Assembly: GCA_041577295.1 (NCBI GenBank)
Contig: JBFGJG010000020.1
Location: 1 to 64,000, forward strand
Source of the DNA: Gemmatimonadales bacterium
GTDB taxonomy: Bacteria > Gemmatimonadota > Gemmatimonadetes > Gemmatimonadales > GWC2-71-9
Direction of reading: 5' to 3'
DNA: 64,000 bases
The notes under the pieces are model-generated. The model ran no database searches. It saw only the letters and a program-made list of their open reading frames with translations, and was not told the origin of the DNA. The translations under genes and the position numbers were made by a program. Below are positions 1-8,600 of the stretch, piece after piece. Each line of letters begins with the position of its first letter. The stretch's first letter is position 1.

Positions 1-365
1 CGAATCATTTTCGCACGCCGCTTCGCACCTACAACGACGAGATCGGCTTCACGTCGTCGGGCCGCTTCCGCAAGGATCTTTGGTGCCCGGCCGACCTCGA
101 CTTCCAGTCGCTCTAACACGTCATTGGGCACGGCCTTCCGCAACTTGACGCGGATGCGGCGGCGGGCCTCGTGTTTCAGATGCTGCGTTGGCGAAGGCTC
201 GCCTGACGCAATGCCCAAGATTTCGGTCGGCGTCTGGATCTCCGCCGCTGCGTGCACGAGATGGCAAGTACCGCCAGATGCCTCGGCAAGACGGCACGCC
301 AGGGACGCGGCGTGGATCGACTGCCTGGATCCGTCGACACCGGCCAGAATGGTCTGCAGTTTCAC
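1..365 (-). CDS. Universal stress protein (UspA family), 3' end runs off the window
   Basis: Not in the ORF track. My translation from GTG at 365 gives MKLQTILAGVDGSRQSIHAASLACRLAEASGGTCHLVHA...GRAPKILAEAARRREADLVVVGAK, with the USP motifs ILxGVDGS, LVH and ADLVVVG. Confidence 0.85.
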   Translation of the reverse strand, partial: MKLQTILAGVDGSRQSIHAASLACRLAEASGGTCHLVHAAAEIQTPTEILGIASGEPSPTQHLKHEARRRIRVKLRKAVPNDVLERLEVEVGRAPKILAEAARRREADLVVVGAKRRAKMI

Positions 366-409
366 GAGCTAGCCTCTATGATAAAGACAGGACGAATCAT
401 CCAACTCCG

Positions 410-708
410 CTAGCTGAAAGACGAGTAAACTGGTGTGAGGCTTCCTTCAGAAAATGGTAGCGACCGTTTCACGGTATCTGGGCGGTCAGCGAACTCCGCG
501 CGAAAGCCCAAGAAGTACAGGTGGTGTGCAGTCCCAAATCCGGATTCGGGTCCCAGGATCAACCACAGTGAGCCATCGTTTGCGATAGTCACGACAAGCC
601 GGTCACTGTTCTCGTGGGTGTTCGTGCCGTACGGAGCATCGACAGGCCAGCGCTTGCCAAACCGCAAATGCACAAGACGGCCGAAACGGTTCTCATACCC
701 ATCTCCAT
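410..708 (-). pseudogene. Probable relic of a secreted protein gene: signal-like N-terminus and C-terminal tail in different frames
   Basis: One frame gives MEMGMRTVSAVLCICGLASAGL then an early stop. Another gives NDGSLWLILGPESGFGTAHHLYF, which resembles the LWLxxGTDSGFEG..LYY tail of an uncharacterised secreted family (from memory). Confidence 0.35.
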
Positions 709-837
709 GTCATCCCGTCCATTGACACCCGTCTCGTCCCATACCGAGTTCCCTGAGGTGCGACCGGTGCTTCGGGAACCGGTTCTTGCTACGTTCCCCC
801 CGATGCCCGAACTTCAAAAGACGCGAACGGATCGACG

Positions 838-2001
838 ATGGAACAAGGTCACGTCACTGCGGATGCCACCGAGCTCGCGCATCGGCTGAACGACTTCGGA
901 TGGCGTCTCTATCGAGCTCTTCCGAAGAGTGGGAGTTGCTTTCTCTCGCCCATGAGCATCGCCATCGTTTTGGCGGCACTCATGGAGGGGGCGCATGGCG
1001 ACACGCGTGCGGAGCTCGCCAATTTGCTCGGCGTCTCCGAAGAGGAGGCCTCACCGCGTCGAATCGTCGCCTTACTCGACGCCCTTGCGAAACGCCGGGA
1101 TCGCGCGTCTGGGATCACGCTTCGGATAGCGACGGGGCTGTTTGTGCGGAGCGGTTACCCAATACGATCGGCGTATCAGCAGACGCTCGAGTCGGCGTTT
1201 CGAGCGGATCTCATGGCGCTCGACTTCGATCGGGCCGAGGATGCCGCGGCGCGGATCAACCAGTGGGTGAGCGATCGTACGCGAGAGCGCATCAATCAAA
1301 TCGTGTATCGCGGCCACATCACGCCGCTCAGCCGTCTGATTTTCGCGAATGCCGTCTACTTCTTCTCACCGTGGGAGGTAGCCTTCGCGCGCGAGGATAC
1401 CCGGCAGCAACCTTTCTCCCTGCTGCCCGGATCACGCAAGCCCACCGTTGATGTCCCCATGATGCGGCGGACCGGGTGGATGGCCGTGATGCTCGATCCC
1501 CGGGGCTTTTCCGCCGTGCGCATCCCGTACCGTGCGATGGAGATGATCGTACTGCTCCCTGAGGAGGGAAAGTTTGCCGAGGTGCACAAGCTGCTGGACG
1601 CCCAGCTCGTCGTCGATGTGATCCGTCAACTTCAGCCAAGAACTGTCGCGCTCGAGCTTCCGCGTTTCGAGCTGCGGTGGGATGGAAATTTGCGCGATGC
1701 TGGGAGGAACATCGGTCTCGATCTCGCCCTCGATCCACAGCGAGCAGATTTTGGGCGGATGTCGGACGATCCGTCCGGGCTAGTCCTTTCCAGCTTGCTT
1801 CATGCGTCACGTGTAGCGGTCGACGAAACCGGTACCGAAGCGGCGGCGGTCACGGCTGCGATGATTCTCGCGGGAGGTGCCGTGGGCGTCCCGGCACCCG
1901 CGATCCCGTTTAGAGTGGACCGACCGTTCTTCTTCGTAATCCGCGACGAGCGAACACATGCCATTCTCTTTATAGGTCGTGTGACCAATCCTATGGATTA
2001 G
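838..2001 (+). CDS. Serpin (serine protease inhibitor) family protein
   Basis: FLSPMSI, ANAVYF, ELPRF, hinge VDETGTEAAAVT and C-terminal FRVDRPFFFVI...LFIGRVTNP. Confidence 0.95.
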   Translation: MEQGHVTADATELAHRLNDFGWRLYRALPKSGSCFLSPMSIAIVLAALMEGAHGDTRAELANLLGVSEEEASPRRIVALLDALAKRRDRASGITLRIATGLFVRSGYPIRSAYQQTLESAFRADLMALDFDRAEDAAARINQWVSDRTRERINQIVYRGHITPLSRLIFANAVYFFSPWEVAFAREDTRQQPFSLLPGSRKPTVDVPMMRRTGWMAVMLDPRGFSAVRIPYRAMEMIVLLPEEGKFAEVHKLLDAQLVVDVIRQLQPRTVALELPRFELRWDGNLRDAGRNIGLDLALDPQRADFGRMSDDPSGLVLSSLLHASRVAVDETGTEAAAVTAAMILAGGAVGVPAPAIPFRVDRPFFFVIRDERTHAILFIGRVTNPMD

Positions 2002-2068
2002 GCAGTCGACGCAGAAGCGGCGAAGGAGGCGGCTAAGAAGTCATCTAGGGAACCGAAAGGAGTACCGT

Positions 2069-2365
2069 GTGCAGACCTATGTGCTCATGACCAAGCTCGG
2101 CCCAGACGTGGCCAAGCGCGTGAGGGATCGAGGAAAGCTCGGTCGCGCTTGGCTCGACGAGGTGAAACGCAAGTGTCCGGGCGTCAAGTTTCTCGCGCAC
2201 TACGCACTGCTCGGTCGCTACGACTTCCTCGACATCTACGAGGCCCCTGACGAAAAGACGGCTGCCAAGGTGTCACTGATCAGCCTCGAGAACGGAGCTT
2301 TTCAGGCGGAGAGTCTCATCGCCATTCCGTACAAAGAGTTCATCAAGTTGACCGACGAAATCTGA
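2069..2365 (+). CDS. GYD domain-containing protein
   Basis: 98 aa with YALLGRYDFLDIYEAPDE; RBS AAGGAG upstream of the GTG start. Confidence 0.85.
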   Translation: MQTYVLMTKLGPDVAKRVRDRGKLGRAWLDEVKRKCPGVKFLAHYALLGRYDFLDIYEAPDEKTAAKVSLISLENGAFQAESLIAIPYKEFIKLTDEI

Positions 2366-2380
2366 CCGGAGGCGTCCCCG

Positions 2381-4066
2381 CTAGGGGACTGCCGGCTTGA
2401 CCGTGGTCACGGGCATTGGTCCGGGTGGGATGCCGTGTTCTGATTTCGCAGTGGCCACCATTTGCCGCACGTCCCGGAGGAGGGCCTTGGCGTCGTAGAT
2501 GATGCCATCTTTGATCGTCCACCGTACGCCGCCCACCTGCTCGATTTCACCCGTCTCGTCGTTGAGCCGTATGGCTCCGGTTCCGTAGAGCACCTTGAGA
2601 TTGGCGAGGGGATTTTCATCAACCACGACGAAATCCGCCTTCTTGCCGACCTGGATAGTCCCCAGTTCGTCATCGATGCCCAATGCCTCCGCGGCGCGCA
2701 GCGTGGCCGACCAGATGACTTCGAGCGGGTGAAATCCGGCCTCTCGTAACAGCTCCATCTCTTGTACGAACCCAAAACCGTACAGGTTGTAGATATATCC
2801 GGAGTCGCTCCCGACACACACCCGGCCACCGCGATTCTTGAACTCGTTAATGAACAGCATCCAACGGTGGTAGTTGCTCCGCCAGGCCACCTCGTCTTCG
2901 GTGGTCCAGTAAAACCAGTACGAGCCATGCGCTGCGCGACTGGGCCTGTAAAAATCCCATAGACCCGGCATGGTGTATTCGTCGTGCCACTCCGCCCGGA
3001 CTGCGCGCATGAGATCACGGCTTGCGAGGTAGATACCGAACGTGGGAACGATGGTGAAGTCGAGCGCGAGTAGTGAGTCCATCACCGCATTCCAGCGAGG
3101 ACTACCCGGTTCCGCCGCTTGAAGCCACAACCTTCCCGCCTGTCCAAAACGGTGCTGTTCGTTCAAGTAGTTGTAATCGACCGGATAGTCCTGGACGGCA
3201 CGATCGGTGAACAGTGCCTCCGGCAGCCCGTACCAATGCTCCATGGAGGTGAGACCCGCTTGCGCGGACTGAAGGGCGTTCATCCGCGTCACGCTGAGCT
3301 GCGCGTGATGCATGGTCGTTCGCAGGTCGTGGCGCTGCGCCTCGTCGATCGCCGCGCGAAGAACCTCCGGCGGTGCCCCCAGGAACTTGACGCCGTCGGC
3401 GCCCTTGTCCGCGACCTCACGAACCCAGGCGCGAGCTTCCTGTGGCGTGGCGATCGGCCCCCCCGGTCTCGTCACCGCGCCCTCCAGCTCCGTGGGGTCC
3501 TGTGTTCGTGATCCGAAGAACACGAACACACGCATCCGTGGCGCGGTGATCTCGTTTCGTTCGCTTCGTGCCTTCGTTTCTATCAACCAATCGACGCTGT
3601 GCATGCTGCCCACATCGCGCACTGTTGTAATGCCGTGAGCCAACCACAGTTTGTGGACATAGTTGAGTGGAACAGCCTGTCCATCCTGTTGCGTGTGCTG
3701 GTGTGCGTGCATATCGATGAAGCCCGGCATCACGTACTTCCCCGTAACATCCAACTCCTTGGTGCCGCGTGGCGGGCGACGGCTCTCGTCGACGGGGAGA
3801 CCGGGGTACCCGACCGGGCGCATGTCGACGATCCGGTCGCCCTGCACGACAATGTCCACTGGCCCAACCGGAGGTGCTCCGGTTCCGTCGACCACTGTCG
3901 CTCCCCGAAGGACTAAGCGGTCAAACGGTCCCTCACCTTCGGTCGGCGCTCGCGCAGGAGCACGCTCGGGCTGCGGCGCTTCCTGCGCTCGGGCACTGCC
4001 CAGGACGACGGCAGACAGCACGAGGACAACCAAGGTCGGGGTGGCTTTGGCAATCGCCTGGCGCAT
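2381..4066 (-). CDS. Exported metal-dependent amidohydrolase
   Basis: ATG at 4066 with RBS AGGAGAGGAG; signal peptide; VMPGFIDMHAH, HGITTVRD, GSDSG, GTIQVGKKADFVV. Confidence 0.9.
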   Translation of the reverse strand: MRQAIAKATPTLVVLVLSAVVLGSARAQEAPQPERAPARAPTEGEGPFDRLVLRGATVVDGTGAPPVGPVDIVVQGDRIVDMRPVGYPGLPVDESRRPPRGTKELDVTGKYVMPGFIDMHAHQHTQQDGQAVPLNYVHKLWLAHGITTVRDVGSMHSVDWLIETKARSERNEITAPRMRVFVFFGSRTQDPTELEGAVTRPGGPIATPQEARAWVREVADKGADGVKFLGAPPEVLRAAIDEAQRHDLRTTMHHAQLSVTRMNALQSAQAGLTSMEHWYGLPEALFTDRAVQDYPVDYNYLNEQHRFGQAGRLWLQAAEPGSPRWNAVMDSLLALDFTIVPTFGIYLASRDLMRAVRAEWHDEYTMPGLWDFYRPSRAAHGSYWFYWTTEDEVAWRSNYHRWMLFINEFKNRGGRVCVGSDSGYIYNLYGFGFVQEMELLREAGFHPLEVIWSATLRAAEALGIDDELGTIQVGKKADFVVVDENPLANLKVLYGTGAIRLNDETGEIEQVGGVRWTIKDGIIYDAKALLRDVRQMVATAKSEHGIPPGPMPVTTVKPAVP

Positions 4067-4200
4067 GCGTGGCAGCTCCTCTCCTTGTGCGGTCGGGGCG
4101 TCCGTGCGCAATCGCGCGCACTCAAGCCCCCGGGTGCGGCAAGTGTGTGGTGGAGAATCGATGCTGGCAAGGTCAGCCACAAAAACGGAAGCAGAAGACA

Positions 4201-4227
4201 ACGAGCCCGGCGATGGGCCGGGCTCGT
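4201..4227 (-). terminator. Stem-loop, probable terminator of the upstream lipoprotein gene
   Basis: ACGAGCCCGGC-gatgg-GCCGGGCTCGT perfect 11-bp stem, followed by T-rich sequence on the minus strand. Confidence 0.5.
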
Positions 4228-4327
4228 TGGTCGAACTGAAGCAGCTGTTGTGAGAGGCCGCTCTCGTCGAGAGAGAGCTGTTAAGGAAGAGCGGACATCG
4301 AACCCAGCTGCTTCGAACTATGTATGA

Positions 4328-5650
4328 TCAATCATCGTCGTCATCGTCGTCGTCATCATCATCTTTGTCACTGACGATCTCGAGGATCTTGAGCCCTCCC
4401 TCGCCGGACGCGAGGAAGAGAACGTTCTTTTTGGCAGCCACGAAGTTGACCGAGGGGCCATCTGGAAACTCGACCTGACCAATCATCTGTAAGGTCGCAT
4501 CGCCATCATCGCTCACGGTGATCCGGGCCACGTGCAGGCCAGCGCCGCCATTTGCCATGAACACGTAACCTTTGTGCTCGGTGACGGCGTTTGTGACTGT
4601 GAAATACGCCGGGATGCCATCAACGATCGGCGCGGGTAGGCTCGCGGCAACCCGACCATCCTCCATGCTGACGATCTTCGTGCCCTCATCGCCGGCTGCC
4701 ATCAGCACGAAATTGCGGAAGATCCGGATGGTCGATTTGGATTCCCGGATGTTCGCTCCACCTGGTGCAAAGCTGCGGAGCAGCTGCCCGTGTCGCCGGT
4801 CCACCACGTACAACTCCGCTGGTGTACCCTTCATCCCGATGGCAAGCGATCCGTAGACGGCGACATCACGGGCGTCCCGGAAGTTCACCACAAATTCGGG
4901 GTCCAATGTGTTGCGCCCTAAGATGGTGAGACCGCCGTCCTCGCCGTCTCCCGAGGTGACAAGCACCTGATCATCCACCGCGCGTACGCCGGTCGCGGCG
5001 TAGCTCGGCAGGTCGACGCGGCGGGTAAAGGTCGTGAGCCGCCCGTCCTCGAGCATGATCTCTTCGAGCACGGCAGGGCTGGCGAACCCAGGGTCCCCGG
5101 TGGCCGTAGCCAGATAGAGCATCCCATCTTCGTGGTCCACCGCCGACACATCCGCGTCGTCGAAAAGCGCCTGAGAGATGAGCTCTGGTCGTTCGGTGTT
5201 GCGCACGTCAAAGACATCGACCCCACCGCGATAAACGGGACCCTGAACGTTGTACGTGACGTACGCGTACCCATTGTCTAACACGACGTGAGTTGCCTGA
5301 ATCGTCTGACCGCTCAGCTCCGGTGGGTCGACCTCGGCGCGTAATACGAGTCGCAGGCCGGCGCGTTCAGGAGGCATGCGCAGCTCCTTGAGCCCCTCTT
5401 CCAATACGTTGCGCTTGGCTTGGACGATGAAAAGCGGGGGCGTTGTGGTGTAGCGCACACGGCGCCCGAGCACCCGCTCCTCGTTGGTCACGTGGATGCG
5501 ATGGGCTTGGTCGACACCGGGGATTTCCCTCGGCGGCACAGGAGCTAGGCCGCCATCCGAGCAGCTCGCCAAGACGACGAGGCCCGCGGCCAGTCCAGCA
5601 TAAGTCCTTGCCCGCGAGAAGCGGACATCTGAATGTCGGGTGAGCGTCAC
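4328..5650 (-). CDS. Lipoprotein with LVIVD-like beta-propeller repeats and a poly-Asp tail
   Basis: Lipobox LASC; repeats such as YAYVT..GGVDVFDV, YVFMANGGAGL and LFLASGEGGLKIL; C-terminal run of 11 Asp. Confidence 0.75.
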   Translation of the reverse strand: MTLTRHSDVRFSRARTYAGLAAGLVVLASCSDGGLAPVPPREIPGVDQAHRIHVTNEERVLGRRVRYTTTPPLFIVQAKRNVLEEGLKELRMPPERAGLRLVLRAEVDPPELSGQTIQATHVVLDNGYAYVTYNVQGPVYRGGVDVFDVRNTERPELISQALFDDADVSAVDHEDGMLYLATATGDPGFASPAVLEEIMLEDGRLTTFTRRVDLPSYAATGVRAVDDQVLVTSGDGEDGGLTILGRNTLDPEFVVNFRDARDVAVYGSLAIGMKGTPAELYVVDRRHGQLLRSFAPGGANIRESKSTIRIFRNFVLMAAGDEGTKIVSMEDGRVAASLPAPIVDGIPAYFTVTNAVTEHKGYVFMANGGAGLHVARITVSDDGDATLQMIGQVEFPDGPSVNFVAAKKNVLFLASGEGGLKILEIVSDKDDDDDDDDDDD

Positions 5651-5749
5651 CGATCCCTCCCTTCGGAGCCGCTCGTTATCGCCACTAACCCGCTAAGAAC
5701 CTCAATCCACCCAAGTACCCGCAGCGGGAATCCTTTCGCCGTGGGACAA

Positions 5750-5765
5750 AGCAAGCTCGGTGCCG
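5750..5765 (-). promoter_or_regulatory. Sigma-54 (-24/-12) promoter candidate for the lipoprotein gene
   Basis: Minus strand CGGCACCGAGCTTGCT, i.e. GG-N10-GC matching TGGCAC-N5-TTGCW, about 100 bp upstream of the start at 5650. Confidence 0.65.
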
Positions 5766-5921
5766 TCCGCTAGGTCGCGTAAAGCAATGAGACTAGGCGT
5801 CCCAGCAGGCGTTGGGACCCGGATTCGCTCCTCGCTGTGGTGGCCGCTCGGCCTATTCCTGTTGCGACGATCCAACACAACCAGGTAACTGCAAGTGGGT
5901 TAATGACTTGTCACAAACTAC

Positions 5922-5939
5922 TTGTGATATTTCTCACAA
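5922..5939. promoter_or_regulatory. CRP/FNR-family box
   Basis: tTGTGA-tatttc-TCACAa, a perfect TGTGA-N6-TCACA in an AT-rich intergenic stretch. Confidence 0.6.
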
Positions 5940-5955
5940 TTTCGGATTGCAGGAG

Positions 5956-6140
5956 TCAGTACCCCCCGCGTCTGCCGGTTCGAAGGGTCTCTTGATTCTC
6001 ACCTTCGTCGTGGATGAGCAGGGTAAGGTCGATTCGACATCGTGAGTGCTACTCATCCTGCGCGCAGGGGTGCCCGTCCGCGAGGGCCGTACAAACGAGC
6101 GAATACCAGCCCGGCTCATGCAATCAACAAATCCGCTCCA
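5956..6140 (+). pseudogene. Frameshifted relic of a TonB C-terminal domain
   Basis: Consecutive fragments in different frames: QYPP, GLLILTFVVDEQGKVDS, IVSATHP, AVQTSEYQPG. These match the order of TonB_C motifs YP / G.V...FVVD..G.V / V.S.HP / A....F.P. Confidence 0.55.
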
Positions 6141-6255
6141 CCGACGGGCGCTGGCGAGACCGGCTAGCCGTCCCTGGCAAGGGTTGGGTGGGTCCCTATC
6201 TTGCAGATTATGATCGTGACACTCCTCTAAACGAGCTCGAGTCGACCGCAATCAG

Positions 6256-8055
6256 ATGTTACGCCTGACATTTCGACTTGTCCTCCGGCTGTTTGCGCTG
6301 CTGCGGCCAGTTCATGTCGTTGCGGCGGGGTGGGTCGCCGCGGTCGTGGGCCTCGAGGTTTTCGGACGGCGTTCTCCAAACGACTTGCTCGACGCCCTCG
6401 GCGTGGCGGCGCTGCTCTCGCTGGGGGTAGCAACCGCGTTGGCGCATCGGGCCCATCCACTTCCGCTGGTCGCGATGGTGATGCGGGTTATCGTAGCGGC
6501 GTGGGGCACGGTCTCCTCCGTCGGGATCCGAGTCGGTGTCGACCTTCGGCATGCACCGCCCATCGCGAGAGCGTTTCCCAAACCGCTAGCGTGGGGCGCT
6601 GCGATCGCCCCCTTGGCGGCCGGTGGGATCGCGCTCGGGCACGTTGCGTTCCCCACCGAGGTGCGGGCCGGCATGCTCGCCGGATCGGCGACGGTGTATT
6701 TCCTCTACCTGTTAATTCTCTGGAGCTTGCTCGCCGGAACTGCCCTGTTCATGCTGCTGTTCACCGGCGCCTGTCTTCACAACTGGATGGTGAATCTGCC
6801 GCGTTTACAGATCCGCCGTCGAGTGCTGGTGGAGGCGTGTGTTCTGACGGCGCTGTTTGGGACGTTGGTTGTCGCCGCTCTGGTCCTGCCGTTGCTGACC
6901 CCGGTCGTGGGGATCGTCGTCACGGGGGTGGTGACGGTCGTAGCGGTTGCGGCACCGGGCGCACCCGCGTTGGATCTGATATGGCAGCGCCGGGCGGGAG
7001 GACCGGTTGCCGTCACCGGTTGGCACCGTTTGGTCGCAGCGGTAGCGATCCTCGCCGCGGCGTCCGTGCTCGTGCTCACGCTGCTTGCGGTGGGGGATCG
7101 CCTGGACGGTGCGGGTACCACGACGCTGCCGATCACGACCTTTCTGGGGGGAGCGGCCGCGTGGTGTGGGTTTGTGGGGTTCTTCAGCTGGGCGTGGTCG
7201 TTTCCGCTCAAGACGTTCGTCCATCGGTTTCGTGATCCAGCGAAGCCTCAGTTAATACGAGTGGTCGTTAGCGGTAGTGAGGCGATAGATACGAGGCGTC
7301 TTGCAACGCTGCGTGCAGAGGGGTTTGACCCCGTCTTTCCAGGGCCCCGTCGTTCGCGAGACGGTGTCCGTATTGCGTTGGATCGCGACGCGCCGCGTCC
7401 CGAGCACCCCGGACACCACGAGCTCCCGGTCTCATCGGGCATACGTGTTCACCCCGATGATTTAGATCATCCCGACGTGTTCGATGCTATGCACCGACTG
7501 GGCGAGGTGGAGGCGCGCCGGCAGCTGCTCAGCGGGCTCGAGGAGCTTCTGCGATTTGCAGATTCACGCAACTACGCGCATGGTCACGGGTTCTGGATTG
7601 CGCCGCACTACTGGTTCGTCACCCATATGACGAGAGACACGAGTGAGGATGACTCGTGGGTGGTGGGACCGCCGTACCATCGCGTGCTGTCGCCTGTCGC
7701 CCGTCACCACCTTTACAACGTCTTGCGAGCCCTGGAGGTCGATCTGGTCTTCGTGGAAGATGGGATTCGGCTCAATCAGCTCCGGCTCGTTTTCCGCGCG
7801 TTGTTCGATGCGTACGATTTGTTTGGTGCTGGACGAGTGGAGGAGCGACACTTCGATGGCCTGCCGGGGATACGTGTCGTCCTCCACGAATTCATGATGC
7901 ATGAGCCCTTTCGGGAGAAAGAGTACCCCGAGGTCGATTACGAGGAGATCGGCCGCGCGCGTATCCTCCATGTTTTTCATGACCGCGGCGGGCCCGAAGA
8001 ATCCACGGACGTACCGATCGATAGCGATCTCGTCGGCGTGCCGGCGCTTGTGTGA
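6256..8055 (+). CDS. Hypothetical polytopic membrane protein with a soluble C-terminal domain
   Basis: 599-aa ORF; about 9 hydrophobic segments in the first half; C-terminal domain rich in His, Trp and acidic residues (GFWIAPHYWF, DLVFVEDG). Confidence 0.75.
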   Translation: MLRLTFRLVLRLFALLRPVHVVAAGWVAAVVGLEVFGRRSPNDLLDALGVAALLSLGVATALAHRAHPLPLVAMVMRVIVAAWGTVSSVGIRVGVDLRHAPPIARAFPKPLAWGAAIAPLAAGGIALGHVAFPTEVRAGMLAGSATVYFLYLLILWSLLAGTALFMLLFTGACLHNWMVNLPRLQIRRRVLVEACVLTALFGTLVVAALVLPLLTPVVGIVVTGVVTVVAVAAPGAPALDLIWQRRAGGPVAVTGWHRLVAAVAILAAASVLVLTLLAVGDRLDGAGTTTLPITTFLGGAAAWCGFVGFFSWAWSFPLKTFVHRFRDPAKPQLIRVVVSGSEAIDTRRLATLRAEGFDPVFPGPRRSRDGVRIALDRDAPRPEHPGHHELPVSSGIRVHPDDLDHPDVFDAMHRLGEVEARRQLLSGLEELLRFADSRNYAHGHGFWIAPHYWFVTHMTRDTSEDDSWVVGPPYHRVLSPVARHHLYNVLRALEVDLVFVEDGIRLNQLRLVFRALFDAYDLFGAGRVEERHFDGLPGIRVVLHEFMMHEPFREKEYPEVDYEEIGRARILHVFHDRGGPEESTDVPIDSDLVGVPALV

Positions 8056-8182
8056 GGGCAAGAGGGGCAGGGAAGTCTCATCTCCGAAACCACCGGGCTA
8101 ATAGACCCCTCCTCATTCGTATCGCGTTCCTTGTATGTTGCAAGCCGGAGCGGTACACCTGACACCTGACCCGGGGGGTGCC

Positions 8183-8416
8183 ATGGCAAGCCGGAACTTC
8201 GTCGATCGCGATGGAAATGCGTGGGACGTCATTCCGCGCTCCAAGACGGAGTGGGAGTTCGAGCCAATCGGTGGCAACAAGGAGGCACGCAAGGTCGTTG
8301 ACCCCCCGGGGTACGAGCGCGACCCATTCGAGTTGAGTAACGAGGAGCTCCAGCGCTTGCTGGATTCGGCGCGTGAGCCCCGTACCAGACCCAGGAAATC
8401 CCCCTTTCTCGACTGA
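8183..8416 (+). CDS. Small hypothetical protein
   Basis: ATG after GGGGGG; MASRNFVDRDGNAWDV...ELSNEELQRLLDSA, a pattern I recall from small Gemmatimonadota proteins. Confidence 0.7.
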   Translation: MASRNFVDRDGNAWDVIPRSKTEWEFEPIGGNKEARKVVDPPGYERDPFELSNEELQRLLDSAREPRTRPRKSPFLD

Positions 8417-8476
8417 TTTGTTGGTTCCGCGGGCGCAAGCCCGTCGGTAAGTAATCCCTTCCCGCGTCTCACGTCT

Positions 8477-8492
8477 TGTGGGATCCGTCACA
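8477..8492. promoter_or_regulatory. CRP-like box upstream of the REC-REC-GGDEF-EAL gene
   Basis: TGTGG-gatccg-TCACA, one mismatch to consensus, intergenic. Confidence 0.45.
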
Positions 8493-8600
8493 GCGGGCTA
8501 GCCCAATATGTCTCACCTTAAGCCACTGTAGGGTCACCGCGCCCTGGCCCCCGAGTGAGCCACGAAACCGCCACCCCCAGCCCGTCCTCGGAGGTCTAAT

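Noticed and set aside
3..460. Plus-strand ORFs at the left end (3..116, 124..372, 188..460)
   Set aside because: They are antisense shadows of the minus-strand UspA-family gene starting at 365.
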